Source: OCS116 cluster bacterium AG-435-F03
GTDB taxonomy: Bacteria; Pseudomonadota; Alphaproteobacteria; MED-G09
Assembly (NCBI GenBank): GCA_003212795.1
Contig: QCOV01000004.1
Location: 11,762-75,761, forward strand
Length of the DNA: 64,000 nt
Reading direction: 5' to 3'
Shown here: one piece after another, positions 39,401 through 48,450 of the stretch
How the letters are laid out: every line of letters begins with the position of its first letter
How positions within the stretch are numbered: position 1 is the stretch's first letter
Translations under genes and position numbers: made by a program
Notes under the pieces: model-generated
Databases searched by the model: none
Seen by the model: only the letters and a program-made list of their open reading frames with translations
What the model was told of the DNA's origin: nothing

Positions 39401-39464
39401 TTTAAACCCTTGTAGCACATGGGTTTTAAAGGAGTAAAAAAAATTGTGTAACTTTTGTGTAACT
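39401..39464. promoter_or_regulatory. Putative integrase accessory sites: imperfect palindrome plus 10-bp direct repeats
   Basis: AAACCC-T-TGT-agc-ACA-T-GGGTTT (39404-39426); TTGTGTAACT at 39444-39453 and 39455-39464 (11-bp period). Confidence 0.55.
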
Positions 39465-39474
39465 GTTTTTCCAT

Positions 39475-39996
39475 TTAATAACCAATAAGAAGCAAACCTT
39501 TTAAGTCCAATTTTATTCTTTGTGTTGAATAAAATGGTTCAAGCCATTCGTATATTTTTAGATAATCATTTCTCCCTCTGTAACACTCCCTAACAGCAAT
39601 AACTAAATATTTAATATCTGTCATCATCGCAGCTTCAAAAACATCTTTTAAGAATTGGTGGTTATCTAATGCTCTCCCTGCTTCAACCTCTATAACAATA
39701 CCTGCTTCTTCTTTCCAAGCATCAACCTCAAAGAATAATCTTGCTTTATCCTCATTTCCTACATAGACAGGCATCCTTATCTTGTCCTTTTTAGCTTTAC
39801 TTTTTTCTACTAAAAATCCTTCTGCTTCAAGATCAGATTCAACTACTCTTAAAACATCGTCGCTAGATAATCTTCCTTCATTAGTTGAGTCATTTGAAAA
39901 TGAATCAATTTCATTTTCATGATTTTTGAATATATTTACTACTCTTTTAATGGATTCAGGAATATCATCATTTCTAGGAAAATAAGAGTAGTTCAT
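39475..39996 (-). CDS. PD-(D/E)xK restriction-endonuclease-like protein (E-x-E variant), no adjacent DNA methyltransferase
   Basis: FEVDAW...GIVIEVEAGRA followed by helix NHQFLKDVFEA and strand YLVIAVR. Confidence 0.6.
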   Translation of the reverse strand: MNYSYFPRNDDIPESIKRVVNIFKNHENEIDSFSNDSTNEGRLSSDDVLRVVESDLEAEGFLVEKSKAKKDKIRMPVYVGNEDKARLFFEVDAWKEEAGIVIEVEAGRALDNHQFLKDVFEAAMMTDIKYLVIAVRECYRGRNDYLKIYEWLEPFYSTQRIKLDLKGLLLIGY

Positions 39997-40010
39997 AGCA
40001 AGTATATTCT

Positions 40011-40054
40011 TAAGTTATTGATTTTATTCACTTTATTCCCACTCAATAATAACC
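40011..40054 (-). repeat. guaA-3'-like att site, copy 2 (attP-like junction) with IHF-like site
   Basis: 38-bp exact match of 40011-40048 to 40313-40350; core TTATT-GAGTGGG-AATAA; AATCAATAACTTA fits WATCAANNNNTTR. Confidence 0.9.
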
Positions 40055-40061
40055 TTTTGAA

Positions 40062-40274
40062 CTATAGCCATTTCCAAATGGTATGTAATGATATCCAAAT
40101 AGCAAACCCAATCCCACTGAAAAATAAAAAAAGTAAAAAACCTGATAAACTTTTAAATCTAGTAAATATTTCATTATCAGGTTTTTTACTTTTCTTTTTA
40201 GATTCTTCAATCATTTCATTAATTATTTTTTTGTTAAGTTCAGGTGAGATTTTTCTGTTTTTATCAACATTCAT
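40062..40274 (-). CDS. Small hypothetical protein with basic N-terminus and C-terminal TM helix
   Basis: 70 aa ORF that fills the space between two att copies. Confidence 0.55.
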   Translation of the reverse strand: MNVDKNRKISPELNKKIINEMIEESKKKSKKPDNEIFTRFKSLSGFLLFLFFSGIGFAIWISLHTIWKWL

Positions 40275-40312
40275 TTTAATTTATCCAAAATTCTATACAA
40301 TCTATAAATATC

Positions 40313-40350
40313 TAAGTTATTGATTTTATTCACTTTATTCCCACTCAATA
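40313..40350 (-). repeat. att site copy 1 (attL-like), overlapping the guaA stop
   Basis: Minus strand TATTGAGTGGGAATAAAGTGAATAAAATCAATAACTTA. Confidence 0.9.
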
Positions 40351-41897
40351 GTGCCAGGTGGTTTTGATGTTATATCGTAAACCACTCTATTAATTCCTTT
40401 TACTTCATTAATAATACGAGTACTTACATTAGCTAAGAACTCTTGTTGAAAAGGATAATAATCCGCTGTCATACCATCAAGTGAAGTCACAGCCCTTAAA
40501 GCACAAACAAAATCATATGTTCTCTCGTCTCCCATCACACCAACCGTCTGAACAGGCAAAAGTACAGCAAAAGCTTGCCAAATCTCATTATAAAGTCCGG
40601 CTTTTCTTATCTCTTCAATATAAATAGTGTCAGCTTTCCTTAAAATATCGGCTTTTTTAGAAGAAATTTCACCAGGTAAACGAATTGCAAGTCCAGGGCC
40701 TGGAAATGGGTGTCTCTCAATAAAGTGACTGGGAATTCCTAGTTCTTTTCCGAGTTCTCTAACTTCATCTTTAAAAAGTTCTCGCAAAGGCTCAACTAGC
40801 TCCATATTCATTCGTTCTGGAAGCCCTCCTACATTGTGATGGCTTTTAATTGTCACAGATGGTCCACCCGTAAAAGAAACGCTCTCAATAACATCCGGAT
40901 AAAGAGTTCCTTGAGCTAAAAAATCTGCTCCGCCAATTTTGTTTGCCTCTTCTTCAAAAATATCGATAAAAGAGGAACCAATAATTTTTCTTTTTTCTTC
41001 AGGATCACTTACTCCAGTCAATCTAGTTAAAAAAGTATCGCCTGCATCAACATCTATAAGAGGAATATTAAAATTTTCTCTAAATAGATTTACTACTTCA
41101 TCCGTTTCATTCTCTCGCATTAAACCTGTATCCACATAAATGCATGTCAATTGGTCTCCGATTGCTTCATGAATAAGAACAGCTGCAACAGATGAATCTA
41201 CCCCTCCTGAAAGACCACAAATTACTTTTCCTTTTCCGACTTGAGTTCGTATATTCTCAATAGCAACCTTTTTAAATGAATCCATTGTCCAGTTACCGCT
41301 ACATCCAGAAATTTTATGAGTAAAATTTTTCAGTAATTTTGCACCATTTGGAGTATGAACAACCTCTGGATGAAACTGTACACCATAAAATGATCGGATT
41401 TCATCAGAAATAGCCGCAAATGGAGCGTTTTTACTTTCTGCAATAACTTCAAATCCTTTTGGCAGTTTTGTAACTTTATCACCATGACTCATCCAGACAG
41501 GTTCTGTATTTCCTTTAATATCGAACCCCTCAAATAAAGGTGAAGGCTTCAGGAATTTAATATTTGCTCTACCAAACTCTCTTTCATTTGATTTTTCTAC
41601 TTCGCCTCCAAGCAATGAACACATGATTTGTTGTCCATAACAAATTCCTAAGATAGGAATTTTTAAATCAAATATTTTATCATCAATTGTTGGCGCATCT
41701 TGGTTGTTAACTGATGCAGGACCACCTGATAATATAATGCCTTTTGGTTTTAATTTTTTAATAGCCTCATCTGCTTTTGAAAAAGGAAAAATCTCAGAAT
41801 AAATTCCACTCTCTCTTACCCTTCTTGCAATAAGCTGTGTAACTTGGCTACCAAAATCTAAAATTAAGATTGAATCGTTGTGTTGATCGTTTACCAT
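40335..41897 (-). CDS. guaA: GMP synthase (glutamine-hydrolysing)
   Basis: [41 protein letters not shown]. Confidence 0.99.
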   Translation of the reverse strand: MVNDQHNDSILILDFGSQVTQLIARRVRESGIYSEIFPFSKADEAIKKLKPKGIILSGGPASVNNQDAPTIDDKIFDLKIPILGICYGQQIMCSLLGGEVEKSNEREFGRANIKFLKPSPLFEGFDIKGNTEPVWMSHGDKVTKLPKGFEVIAESKNAPFAAISDEIRSFYGVQFHPEVVHTPNGAKLLKNFTHKISGCSGNWTMDSFKKVAIENIRTQVGKGKVICGLSGGVDSSVAAVLIHEAIGDQLTCIYVDTGLMRENETDEVVNLFRENFNIPLIDVDAGDTFLTRLTGVSDPEEKRKIIGSSFIDIFEEEANKIGGADFLAQGTLYPDVIESVSFTGGPSVTIKSHHNVGGLPERMNMELVEPLRELFKDEVRELGKELGIPSHFIERHPFPGPGLAIRLPGEISSKKADILRKADTIYIEEIRKAGLYNEIWQAFAVLLPVQTVGVMGDERTYDFVCALRAVTSLDGMTADYYPFQQEFLANVSTRIINEVKGINRVVYDITSKPPGTIEWE

Positions 41898-41910
41898 AAC
41901 AATTCTAGAA

Positions 41911-42237
41911 CTACTCCTCTTTCTTTTTATTATTTATAAGAGATTCTAAATCTTTTACATCCATTAGAAGAGGTCCGAGTGCTTTGGCTTTTTTATAAAA
42001 TATCTCAGCAGATGGTAAATCTTCACTCAGTAGGTAAATTTTACCCGCAATTGCCCAAGCCTTTGCATTTTTAGGATCAGCAACTACACTTTGTTGAATA
42101 AGAAAGATAGCAGATTCCAAATCTTTTTCTGCTATTTTAATTGCTTCCACTGCAAGATCATTAGAAAGAGATTTATTGGTTGCATTAGCTAAAAGGGGAG
42201 AAAATAAAATACCTATAAAAATTATAACCCTTATCAT
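41911..42237 (-). CDS. Small secreted TPR-like protein
   Basis: Signal peptide; [19 protein letters not shown]-like segment; lies between guaB and guaA. Confidence 0.65.
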   Translation of the reverse strand: MIRVIIFIGILFSPLLANATNKSLSNDLAVEAIKIAEKDLESAIFLIQQSVVADPKNAKAWAIAGKIYLLSEDLPSAEIFYKKAKALGPLLMDVKDLESLINNKKKEE

Positions 42238-42244
42238 AGATATA

Positions 42245-43708
42245 TTAACCTCTTGTAGGATAATTAGGCGCTTCTCGAGTTACAACTACATCGTGCGTAT
42301 GACTTTCGTTTAGTGAAGCTGCTGTAATTTTAATAAAGTTAGTTTTCGTCTGGAAATCCTCTAAATTTTTACAACCTGTGTAACCCATTGATGCTCTTAA
42401 ACCACCAATTAATTGATAAATTACATTATGTACTGATCCAATATAAGGAACCTGCCCTTCAATTCCTTCAGGCACAAGTTTATCTGATGCACTGAGATCA
42501 GATTGGAAATATCTATCTGCTGATCCTTCAGCCATAGCTGCAACTGATCCCATTCCTCTATAGGATTTGAATCTCCTACCTTGGTGAAGAAATACTTCGC
42601 CTGGTGTTTCATCTGTTCCAGCAAAAAGAGAGCCGATCATTGCAAGATCAGCTCCTCCAGCTAGTGCTTTGGCTAAATCTCCAGAAAACTTAATACCCCC
42701 ATCAGCAATGACGGGTATTGAATGCTTTTTAGCCTCATTAACACAATCCATAATTGCCGTAAGCTGTGGCACACCAACACCTGCAATTATTCTTGTTGTA
42801 CATATTGATCCTGGACCAATACCAACCTTTATACAATCTGCACCTGCTCCAATTAATGATTTTGAAGCTTCTTTAGTTGCAACATTGCCAGCAACAACCT
42901 GAACAGAATTTGATAGTTTTTTTATCCTTTCAATAATCTGTGGAACTTTAATAGAGTGACCATGTGCAGTATCCACAACAATTATATCTGTTTCGCTATC
43001 AATTAATGCTTCAGCTCTTTCAAAACCTTTATCACCAACTGTCGTTGCTGCTGCAACCCTCAACCTACCCTTTTCATCTTTTGTAGCATCGGGATGTAAA
43101 TTAGATTTCTCAATATCTTTTACAGTGATTAAGCCAATACAACGATATTCGTTATCAACAACAAGCAATTTCTCTATTCGGTGTTTATGAAGTATTTCTT
43201 TTGCTTCATTTTCAGAAACATTATCTTTAACAGTAATCAAATCATTCTTAGTCATAAGTTCAGAAACTTTTTGATTTTTATTAGAGGCAAATCTAACATC
43301 TCTATTTGTCAAAATTCCTTCAAGTTTATTCGTTTTTGTGTCTGTTACAGGCACTCCTGAAATATTATTTTCTTTCATTAGAGCTAAAGCATCTTCAAGC
43401 GTAGAGTCTGGAGAAATAGTAAGTGGATTAACCACCATTCCGGATTCATATTTTTTTACTTTATTTACCTCTTTAATTTGCTGTTCAATTTCTAAATTTC
43501 TATGTATTACACCAATTCCTCCAGCTTGCGCCATAGCAATTGCCATACTTGATTCTGTCACTGTATCCATTGCTGCTGAAGCAACAGGAACATTAAGATC
43601 AATATTTTTTGTAATTTTTGTTTTTAAAATCGTTTCAGAAGGTAAGACGGCAGATTCTGAAGGCTCAAGTAATACATCATCAAAGGTGATAGCTTCTCGG
43701 ACTTTCAT
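42245..43708 (-). CDS. guaB: IMP dehydrogenase
   Basis: [18 protein letters not shown] pair, [17 protein letters not shown]. Confidence 0.99.
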   Translation of the reverse strand: MKVREAITFDDVLLEPSESAVLPSETILKTKITKNIDLNVPVASAAMDTVTESSMAIAMAQAGGIGVIHRNLEIEQQIKEVNKVKKYESGMVVNPLTISPDSTLEDALALMKENNISGVPVTDTKTNKLEGILTNRDVRFASNKNQKVSELMTKNDLITVKDNVSENEAKEILHKHRIEKLLVVDNEYRCIGLITVKDIEKSNLHPDATKDEKGRLRVAAATTVGDKGFERAEALIDSETDIIVVDTAHGHSIKVPQIIERIKKLSNSVQVVAGNVATKEASKSLIGAGADCIKVGIGPGSICTTRIIAGVGVPQLTAIMDCVNEAKKHSIPVIADGGIKFSGDLAKALAGGADLAMIGSLFAGTDETPGEVFLHQGRRFKSYRGMGSVAAMAEGSADRYFQSDLSASDKLVPEGIEGQVPYIGSVHNVIYQLIGGLRASMGYTGCKNLEDFQTKTNFIKITAASLNESHTHDVVVTREAPNYPTRG

Positions 43709-43740
43709 GTCAACCTCCTGTTTTCAGGTTATGTTGACAT
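43707..43740 (-). promoter_or_regulatory. 5'-UTR hairpin covering the guaB SD and start codon
   Basis: Minus strand ATGTCAAC-ataa-CCTG-aaaa-CAGG-ag-GTTGACAT(G). Confidence 0.5.
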
Positions 43741-43787
43741 TTGCTTATAACCTATACAGAAATAAGTTCAAACACTTTTGAATTTTT

Positions 43788-44450
43788 TTACGCTTTAAAA
43801 CCTTTAGCTATTACATAATTTTCAGGAGATCCTTTTCTACTAGCATCTGGTTTGTAATGTTTTATCGTAGTAAAATTCTTTTTTAAAATATCTAGGAGCG
43901 CTTGATGTGTGCCACCTTGAAAAACTTTTGAACAGAAAGACCCCCCAGTCTTCAAAAAATTCAAAGCATAATCTGCAGCTAATTCTGCTAATTCTTGTGT
44001 CCTAATATGATCGGTTGATTTATGTCCTGTTGTATCTGAAGCCATATCGGAAAGAACCAAATCAACCTCAGTAACTATTTTACGTATTCGATCAAATGAT
44101 TCTTGTGATGACAAATCAAGATTAAGAATCTCAACGCCAGATATTGGATCCATCTCTAACTTATCAACTGCTATCACTTTATTACCTTTAATTTGATTTA
44201 CAACTTCTGACCAGCTACCCGGTGCTGCTCCAAGATCTAACACCACTTGATTCGGTCTTAACAAATCAAATTTCTCATTGATCTGAATTAATTTGTAGGC
44301 TGCTCTTGATCTTCTTCCTTCAACTTTTGATTGTTTAACATAAGGGTCATTCAATTGGCGTTGTAGCCATCTAGTAGAAGATATTTTTCGTTTTTTAGCT
44401 GTTTTGACCTTTTCTTTTAATCTTTTATAGGGTTTTTGCTTTTTAATCAT
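43788..44450 (-). CDS. rlmE: 23S rRNA Um2552 2'-O-methyltransferase
   Basis: SSTRWLQRQLNDPYV, RSRAAYKL, DLGAAPGSW, SDMA, KPDASR..S.E. Confidence 0.95.
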   Translation of the reverse strand: MIKKQKPYKRLKEKVKTAKKRKISSTRWLQRQLNDPYVKQSKVEGRRSRAAYKLIQINEKFDLLRPNQVVLDLGAAPGSWSEVVNQIKGNKVIAVDKLEMDPISGVEILNLDLSSQESFDRIRKIVTEVDLVLSDMASDTTGHKSTDHIRTQELAELAADYALNFLKTGGSFCSKVFQGGTHQALLDILKKNFTTIKHYKPDASRKGSPENYVIAKGFKA

Positions 44451-44519
44451 AATTGAATCTTATAAGTTAAATATTACTAACTAGTTAGCACATATAATAA
44501 CTTTCTAGCAGAGGAAAAT

Positions 44520-45338
44520 ATGTACATTGATAATATTTCTGAATTTGGTGCACATAAACCTTCCTTGTTAGTCGATCTAATTATTAAAATAACAAGATCA
44601 TTAGGGGAAAACTGGTTTTCTAAAAGGCTTATATTTTTTTTAAGAAAAGTGGCATTAAATTTCTCTGGAGAATGCATTGATACAGAGCTATTTCAAGGTC
44701 AAGCAAGACTATATACTAAAGGAAATATCTGTGAAAAAAGAGCTCTTTTTTCACCACAAATATTTGAAAGTTTTGAGAGAAATTTTATTTCAAGTTATGC
44801 AAAAGATGGTTCAATTTTTATAGATATTGGATCTAATATCGGTTTATATTCACTCTCTGTTGGAGCAAGGTATAAAGATTTTATTAATACTGAAATTCAT
44901 AGTATAGAACCACACCCAAATTTATTTAAAAGATTGCAATTCAATACATCTTTAAACAAGGATTTTCCTATAAAAATTCATAATTTGGCAATTATGGATA
45001 AGAATGGGGAATTTAATTTAAAAGTAAACGAAAGTAATCTTGGTCAGACAGTAATTTCTAATGAGGGACAAATAAAAGTTATAGGGAAAAGTCTTAATAC
45101 CTTTTTAAAAGAAGAAAACATTAATAAAATAACAGCTCTTAAAATTGATGTAGAGGGTAACGAAGAAAAGATTCTTATTCCATTTCTAAAGGAGGAAAAT
45201 AAAAAACTCTTTCCTAAAATAATTATTATAGAGCGGAATGATAATTTATGGGATAGTGATTTAATTAAAACCCTTAATAATTTTAATTACAGCATCCATA
45301 AAAAAACTAAAATGAACTACATATTAATTAATGATTAA
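44520..45338 (+). CDS. FkbM-family methyltransferase
   Basis: FIDIGSNIG, IEPHP, LKIDVEGNE. Confidence 0.88.
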   Translation: MYIDNISEFGAHKPSLLVDLIIKITRSLGENWFSKRLIFFLRKVALNFSGECIDTELFQGQARLYTKGNICEKRALFSPQIFESFERNFISSYAKDGSIFIDIGSNIGLYSLSVGARYKDFINTEIHSIEPHPNLFKRLQFNTSLNKDFPIKIHNLAIMDKNGEFNLKVNESNLGQTVISNEGQIKVIGKSLNTFLKEENINKITALKIDVEGNEEKILIPFLKEENKKLFPKIIIIERNDNLWDSDLIKTLNNFNYSIHKKTKMNYILIND

Positions 45339-45414
45339 TTTTATTTATTTAATAGAAAAAAATTTTATAAATGTGATAAGATTTTGATCTAAGCTAGGAA
45401 TAAAGGAGAAGAAT

Positions 45415-46260
45415 TTGTCTAAATATAATTCAATTATTGTTGATTTACCTAAAGATAGGATATCAAGAATTACTCTTAATAGACCAAAGCAAAGAAATTC
45501 TCTTTCAGCGGAATTAAGAACAGAGTTATTTCAAGTTTTAGAAAGTAATGACCTAAATAAGGAGATTAGTGTAACCATAATAAGAGGTTCTGGTGAGAGT
45601 TTCTCAGCAGGTTATGATTTAAAAAGATCAGATGATGATATTGATCCATATTATTCCGCGGGTGGCCTTGGGCACTGGCCAAGACATGTTGTTGATGGAT
45701 GTTTTAAAATTTGGGATTTAGCAAAGCCAGTTATTGCACAAGTTCACGGATATTGTCTTGCTGGAGGCACAGAATTAGCTCAATCATGTGATTTAGTATA
45801 TGTAGCTGATAACGCAAAGATAGGGTATCCAGTTGTTAGAAATATATCGCCTCCAGATAACCAATTTTTTCCTTGGATTGTTGGAATGAGAAAAGCTATG
45901 GAACTTATGTTAACAGGAAACTCAATGACAGGTCATGACGCAGTTGAATGTGGCTTTGCAAACCTTTCCTTTCCTGAAGAAAAACTTGAAGAAGAGGTTT
46001 TAAAAATTGCAGAAAATGTTGCTAAGGTACCCCAAGATGTTCAGCAAATTAATAAAAGAGCTGTTCATAGGCAAATGGAGATGATGGGCATTAGATCAGC
46101 TTTGAGAGCTGGTACAGAGTTACAGCAACTATCGATGCATACAAAATCTGCAAGAAATTTTTTTAAAATGGTTGCTGAGGAGGGCTTAACAAAAGCTCTG
46201 TCAGATAGAGATACAAAATATGGTGACTACAGAGAAACCAATGATAAAAAAAAGGACTAG
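45415..46260 (+). CDS. Enoyl-CoA hydratase/isomerase family protein
   Basis: TLNRP..RN, FSAGYDL, KPVIAQVHGYCLAGGTEL. Confidence 0.92.
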   Translation: MSKYNSIIVDLPKDRISRITLNRPKQRNSLSAELRTELFQVLESNDLNKEISVTIIRGSGESFSAGYDLKRSDDDIDPYYSAGGLGHWPRHVVDGCFKIWDLAKPVIAQVHGYCLAGGTELAQSCDLVYVADNAKIGYPVVRNISPPDNQFFPWIVGMRKAMELMLTGNSMTGHDAVECGFANLSFPEEKLEEEVLKIAENVAKVPQDVQQINKRAVHRQMEMMGIRSALRAGTELQQLSMHTKSARNFFKMVAEEGLTKALSDRDTKYGDYRETNDKKKD

Positions 46261-46270
46261 AAAACAATAC

Positions 46271-46732
46271 ATGGATAATAAAGAAAAAGTCTTAACATTG
46301 GCATCTGCTGCTAGGAAAGTTGGTATAGATCCTGAAGAGCTTCGAGAGCTTATTAATGAAGGCAGACTTGACGCTGTTGAAACCGAAGGTGGAAATTTGC
46401 TTATTGGTGAGGAATCTTTAAAAGGTATAATCAAAGAAATAGAAACAACTGAATTAGCCCAACAAGATCATGAGCATGAAATTGTACTTCATGATGATAT
46501 AAAAATTCTCTTAAGTCAGGCCGCAAATTTCATAGAAAGACAAGAAGAAGAACTAAAGATTTATAGAGAAAGAGAAGAAAAACATATTTCTTTACTTAAG
46601 GGTGCAGAAAAACAGATAAGTAAAACATTAGATCAAATAAGCATTCTTTATTCTCACAATATAAAATTAGGTAATGAAAACAGAAAAATCCTAAAAAAAC
46701 TTATAGAAATACAATCTAAAAATACAGCTTAA
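46271..46732 (+). CDS. Excisionase/MerR-like HTH protein with coiled-coil C-terminus
   Basis: LTLASAARKVGIDPEELRELINEGRLDA N-terminal HTH pattern; ATG at 46271 avoids overlap with the upstream gene. Confidence 0.6.
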   Translation: MDNKEKVLTLASAARKVGIDPEELRELINEGRLDAVETEGGNLLIGEESLKGIIKEIETTELAQQDHEHEIVLHDDIKILLSQAANFIERQEEELKIYREREEKHISLLKGAEKQISKTLDQISILYSHNIKLGNENRKILKKLIEIQSKNTA

Positions 46733-46742
46733 GGAGAAATAA

Positions 46743-47033
46743 ATGGTATGTGTATTAGCAACTTTAAAAGTTAAAGCGGACAAAACTCAAGATTTTGAGA
46801 CTATATTCAAAAAACTTAGTGAAGATGTTCGTTCGATTGAAGAAGGGAATATTTTTTATCAGGTGGCAAAAGATAGAGAAAATGAAAATACTTACCTAGT
46901 ATTAGAACATTATAAAGATCAAGAAAGTGTTGACGCACATGGAAAAAGTGATCACTTCAGGTCTGCAGGAAGAGAAATAGGAGAATGCTTAGATGGCCCA
47001 CCTATAATAAAATATCTTGATACTCTATTATAA
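46743..47033 (+). CDS. Antibiotic biosynthesis monooxygenase (ABM)-family protein
   Basis: EEGNIFY, VLEHYKD, AHGKSDHF; AAGGAG SD. Confidence 0.85.
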   Translation: MVCVLATLKVKADKTQDFETIFKKLSEDVRSIEEGNIFYQVAKDRENENTYLVLEHYKDQESVDAHGKSDHFRSAGREIGECLDGPPIIKYLDTLL

Positions 47034-47034
47034 A

Positions 47035-48450
47035 TTAATTGAAATATATACTATCGTCAGCTAGCTCAGCTTCTGCTGCTTCTGCTGCAAGTCTATCGGC
47101 TTCTCTTCTAGCCTGTTTTGATTCTATAACCTTAACCCATCTTCTAGCATCGGCTTCCATATCCTCATAACCAGTAGACCTTTTGAAAGCAAATAGTGCA
47201 GAATTTTCATATTTAATGCCTTTTTTATTTCTTGTAATACCAAGAAGAAGCCAAGCCCTTCCAGGATTTTCAAGATCACCTTTTTTAATAGCATATTTAA
47301 TATATTCCTCAGCTTCTTTCCAATTTTCCTCTTGCATAAAAGTTTGACCTAATCTTAAAAATAGTTCTCCATCTTCAGACATTTCAGCGGCCTTCTTCAA
47401 AGGAGGAATGGCTTTTTTCCATTCTCTTGCTGATAACCATGCATTAGCTAACTGTTCCCAATTTTTTTCTTCATCTTCAATTCTTCCGCTTTCTAATTCT
47501 TCTTCAAGAATTAGAGCGGCCTTATATGGTACTTCATAAAATAAGTATAATTGAGCAATCCTTAGTAATTCATCATGCTTTTCAAGCATGTCTTTTGAAA
47601 ACATGATCTGTTGAATATGAAAAGAATCTTCTTCTCTTTGTAATTCGGCATAAAGCGCAGCTAATTGTCTATAGTAATTCTTTTTGTCAGGAAACCTGTA
47701 TACCATAGCTTCAAGAATTGGAACAGATTCTTCATACCTGTCGTCAAATAATAAGATTGATAAGTATATTTGATACCAATTTTCTCTAGGCTCCGCAGCA
47801 GAAAATACCGCTTTTTCAGCATGTGGTTCTGCTTTCCTATAGTATTGTTTTTCTTCGGGGGAATCACTTTCAGTTTCCGAAGCAAAATAAAGATAGATTT
47901 GCGCTAATAAAGCATGTGCAGATGGTCCGGGAGGAAAGCCCATTTCCTCAGCGTCTTTAAACCATCTTAATAATTGATCGCGTCCCTCATCCCATCTATC
48001 TGTTGCGAGATAAAGTTGAGCAATCTGAAACTGTAAATCAAGTTGGTCTTGAGGTTGAAGAGCGTTTAAAGAGTAAACACGCTCAAGATAATCTAAAGAT
48101 TTTTCATATTGTTCTTTTTCGGCAAATACATAAGCCTGGAGTCTAATAATTTGAGCTTGTTCAAAAGGTCTTAAATCATCTCTTCTCAAAAGATTGCTTA
48201 AAATATCAAAAGCTCTATCAGGTAGATCTTCGCCTAATGCTTCCTGTGCCTTAATAAATTCTGCACCAACCTTCTTACTCATTGTTTGTGTTCTTTTTGC
48301 TTTAGGAGGTTTTCTTCTTTCTTTCTTTTTCTGAGCGTAGACTGTATCAGAAAATAATCCAGAAATTGTAATTGTTGCTGGCAAAGCCAATGAGAATATT
48401 ACAAAAACAAATATAAAATGTTTAATATAAATTTTTAAATTATCTAGCAT
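47035..48450 (-). CDS. Periplasmic TPR protein of the TonB operon (TtpD-like)
   Basis: Signal-like N-terminus, repeated TPR helices, last gene of the tonB operon. Confidence 0.75.
   Translation of the reverse strand: MLDNLKIYIKHFIFVFVIFSLALPATITISGLFSDTVYAQKKKERRKPPKAKRTQTMSKKVGAEFIKAQEALGEDLPDRAFDILSNLLRRDDLRPFEQAQIIRLQAYVFAEKEQYEKSLDYLERVYSLNALQPQDQLDLQFQIAQLYLATDRWDEGRDQLLRWFKDAEEMGFPPGPSAHALLAQIYLYFASETESDSPEEKQYYRKAEPHAEKAVFSAAEPRENWYQIYLSILLFDDRYEESVPILEAMVYRFPDKKNYYRQLAALYAELQREEDSFHIQQIMFSKDMLEKHDELLRIAQLYLFYEVPYKAALILEEELESGRIEDEEKNWEQLANAWLSAREWKKAIPPLKKAAEMSEDGELFLRLGQTFMQEENWKEAEEYIKYAIKKGDLENPGRAWLLLGITRNKKGIKYENSALFAFKRSTGYEDMEADARRWVKVIESKQARREADRLAAEAAEAELADDSIYFN

Larger units (their letters stand above)
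37913..40350 (-). mobile_element. Tandem array of three integrase-less single-gene modules inserted at the guaA 3' end
   Basis: Core sites at 40340-40346, 40038-40044, 39380-39386 and 37923-37929, each interval carrying exactly one co-oriented gene. Confidence 0.7.

Noticed and set aside
39919..40323. 134-aa plus-strand ORF across the att repeats
   Set aside because: Antisense to two genes, crosses a repeat junction, low-complexity composition
43338..43781. Antisense ORFs over guaB, and similar short ORFs opposite other long genes
   Set aside because: Shadow frames of well-supported genes with no recognisable motifs
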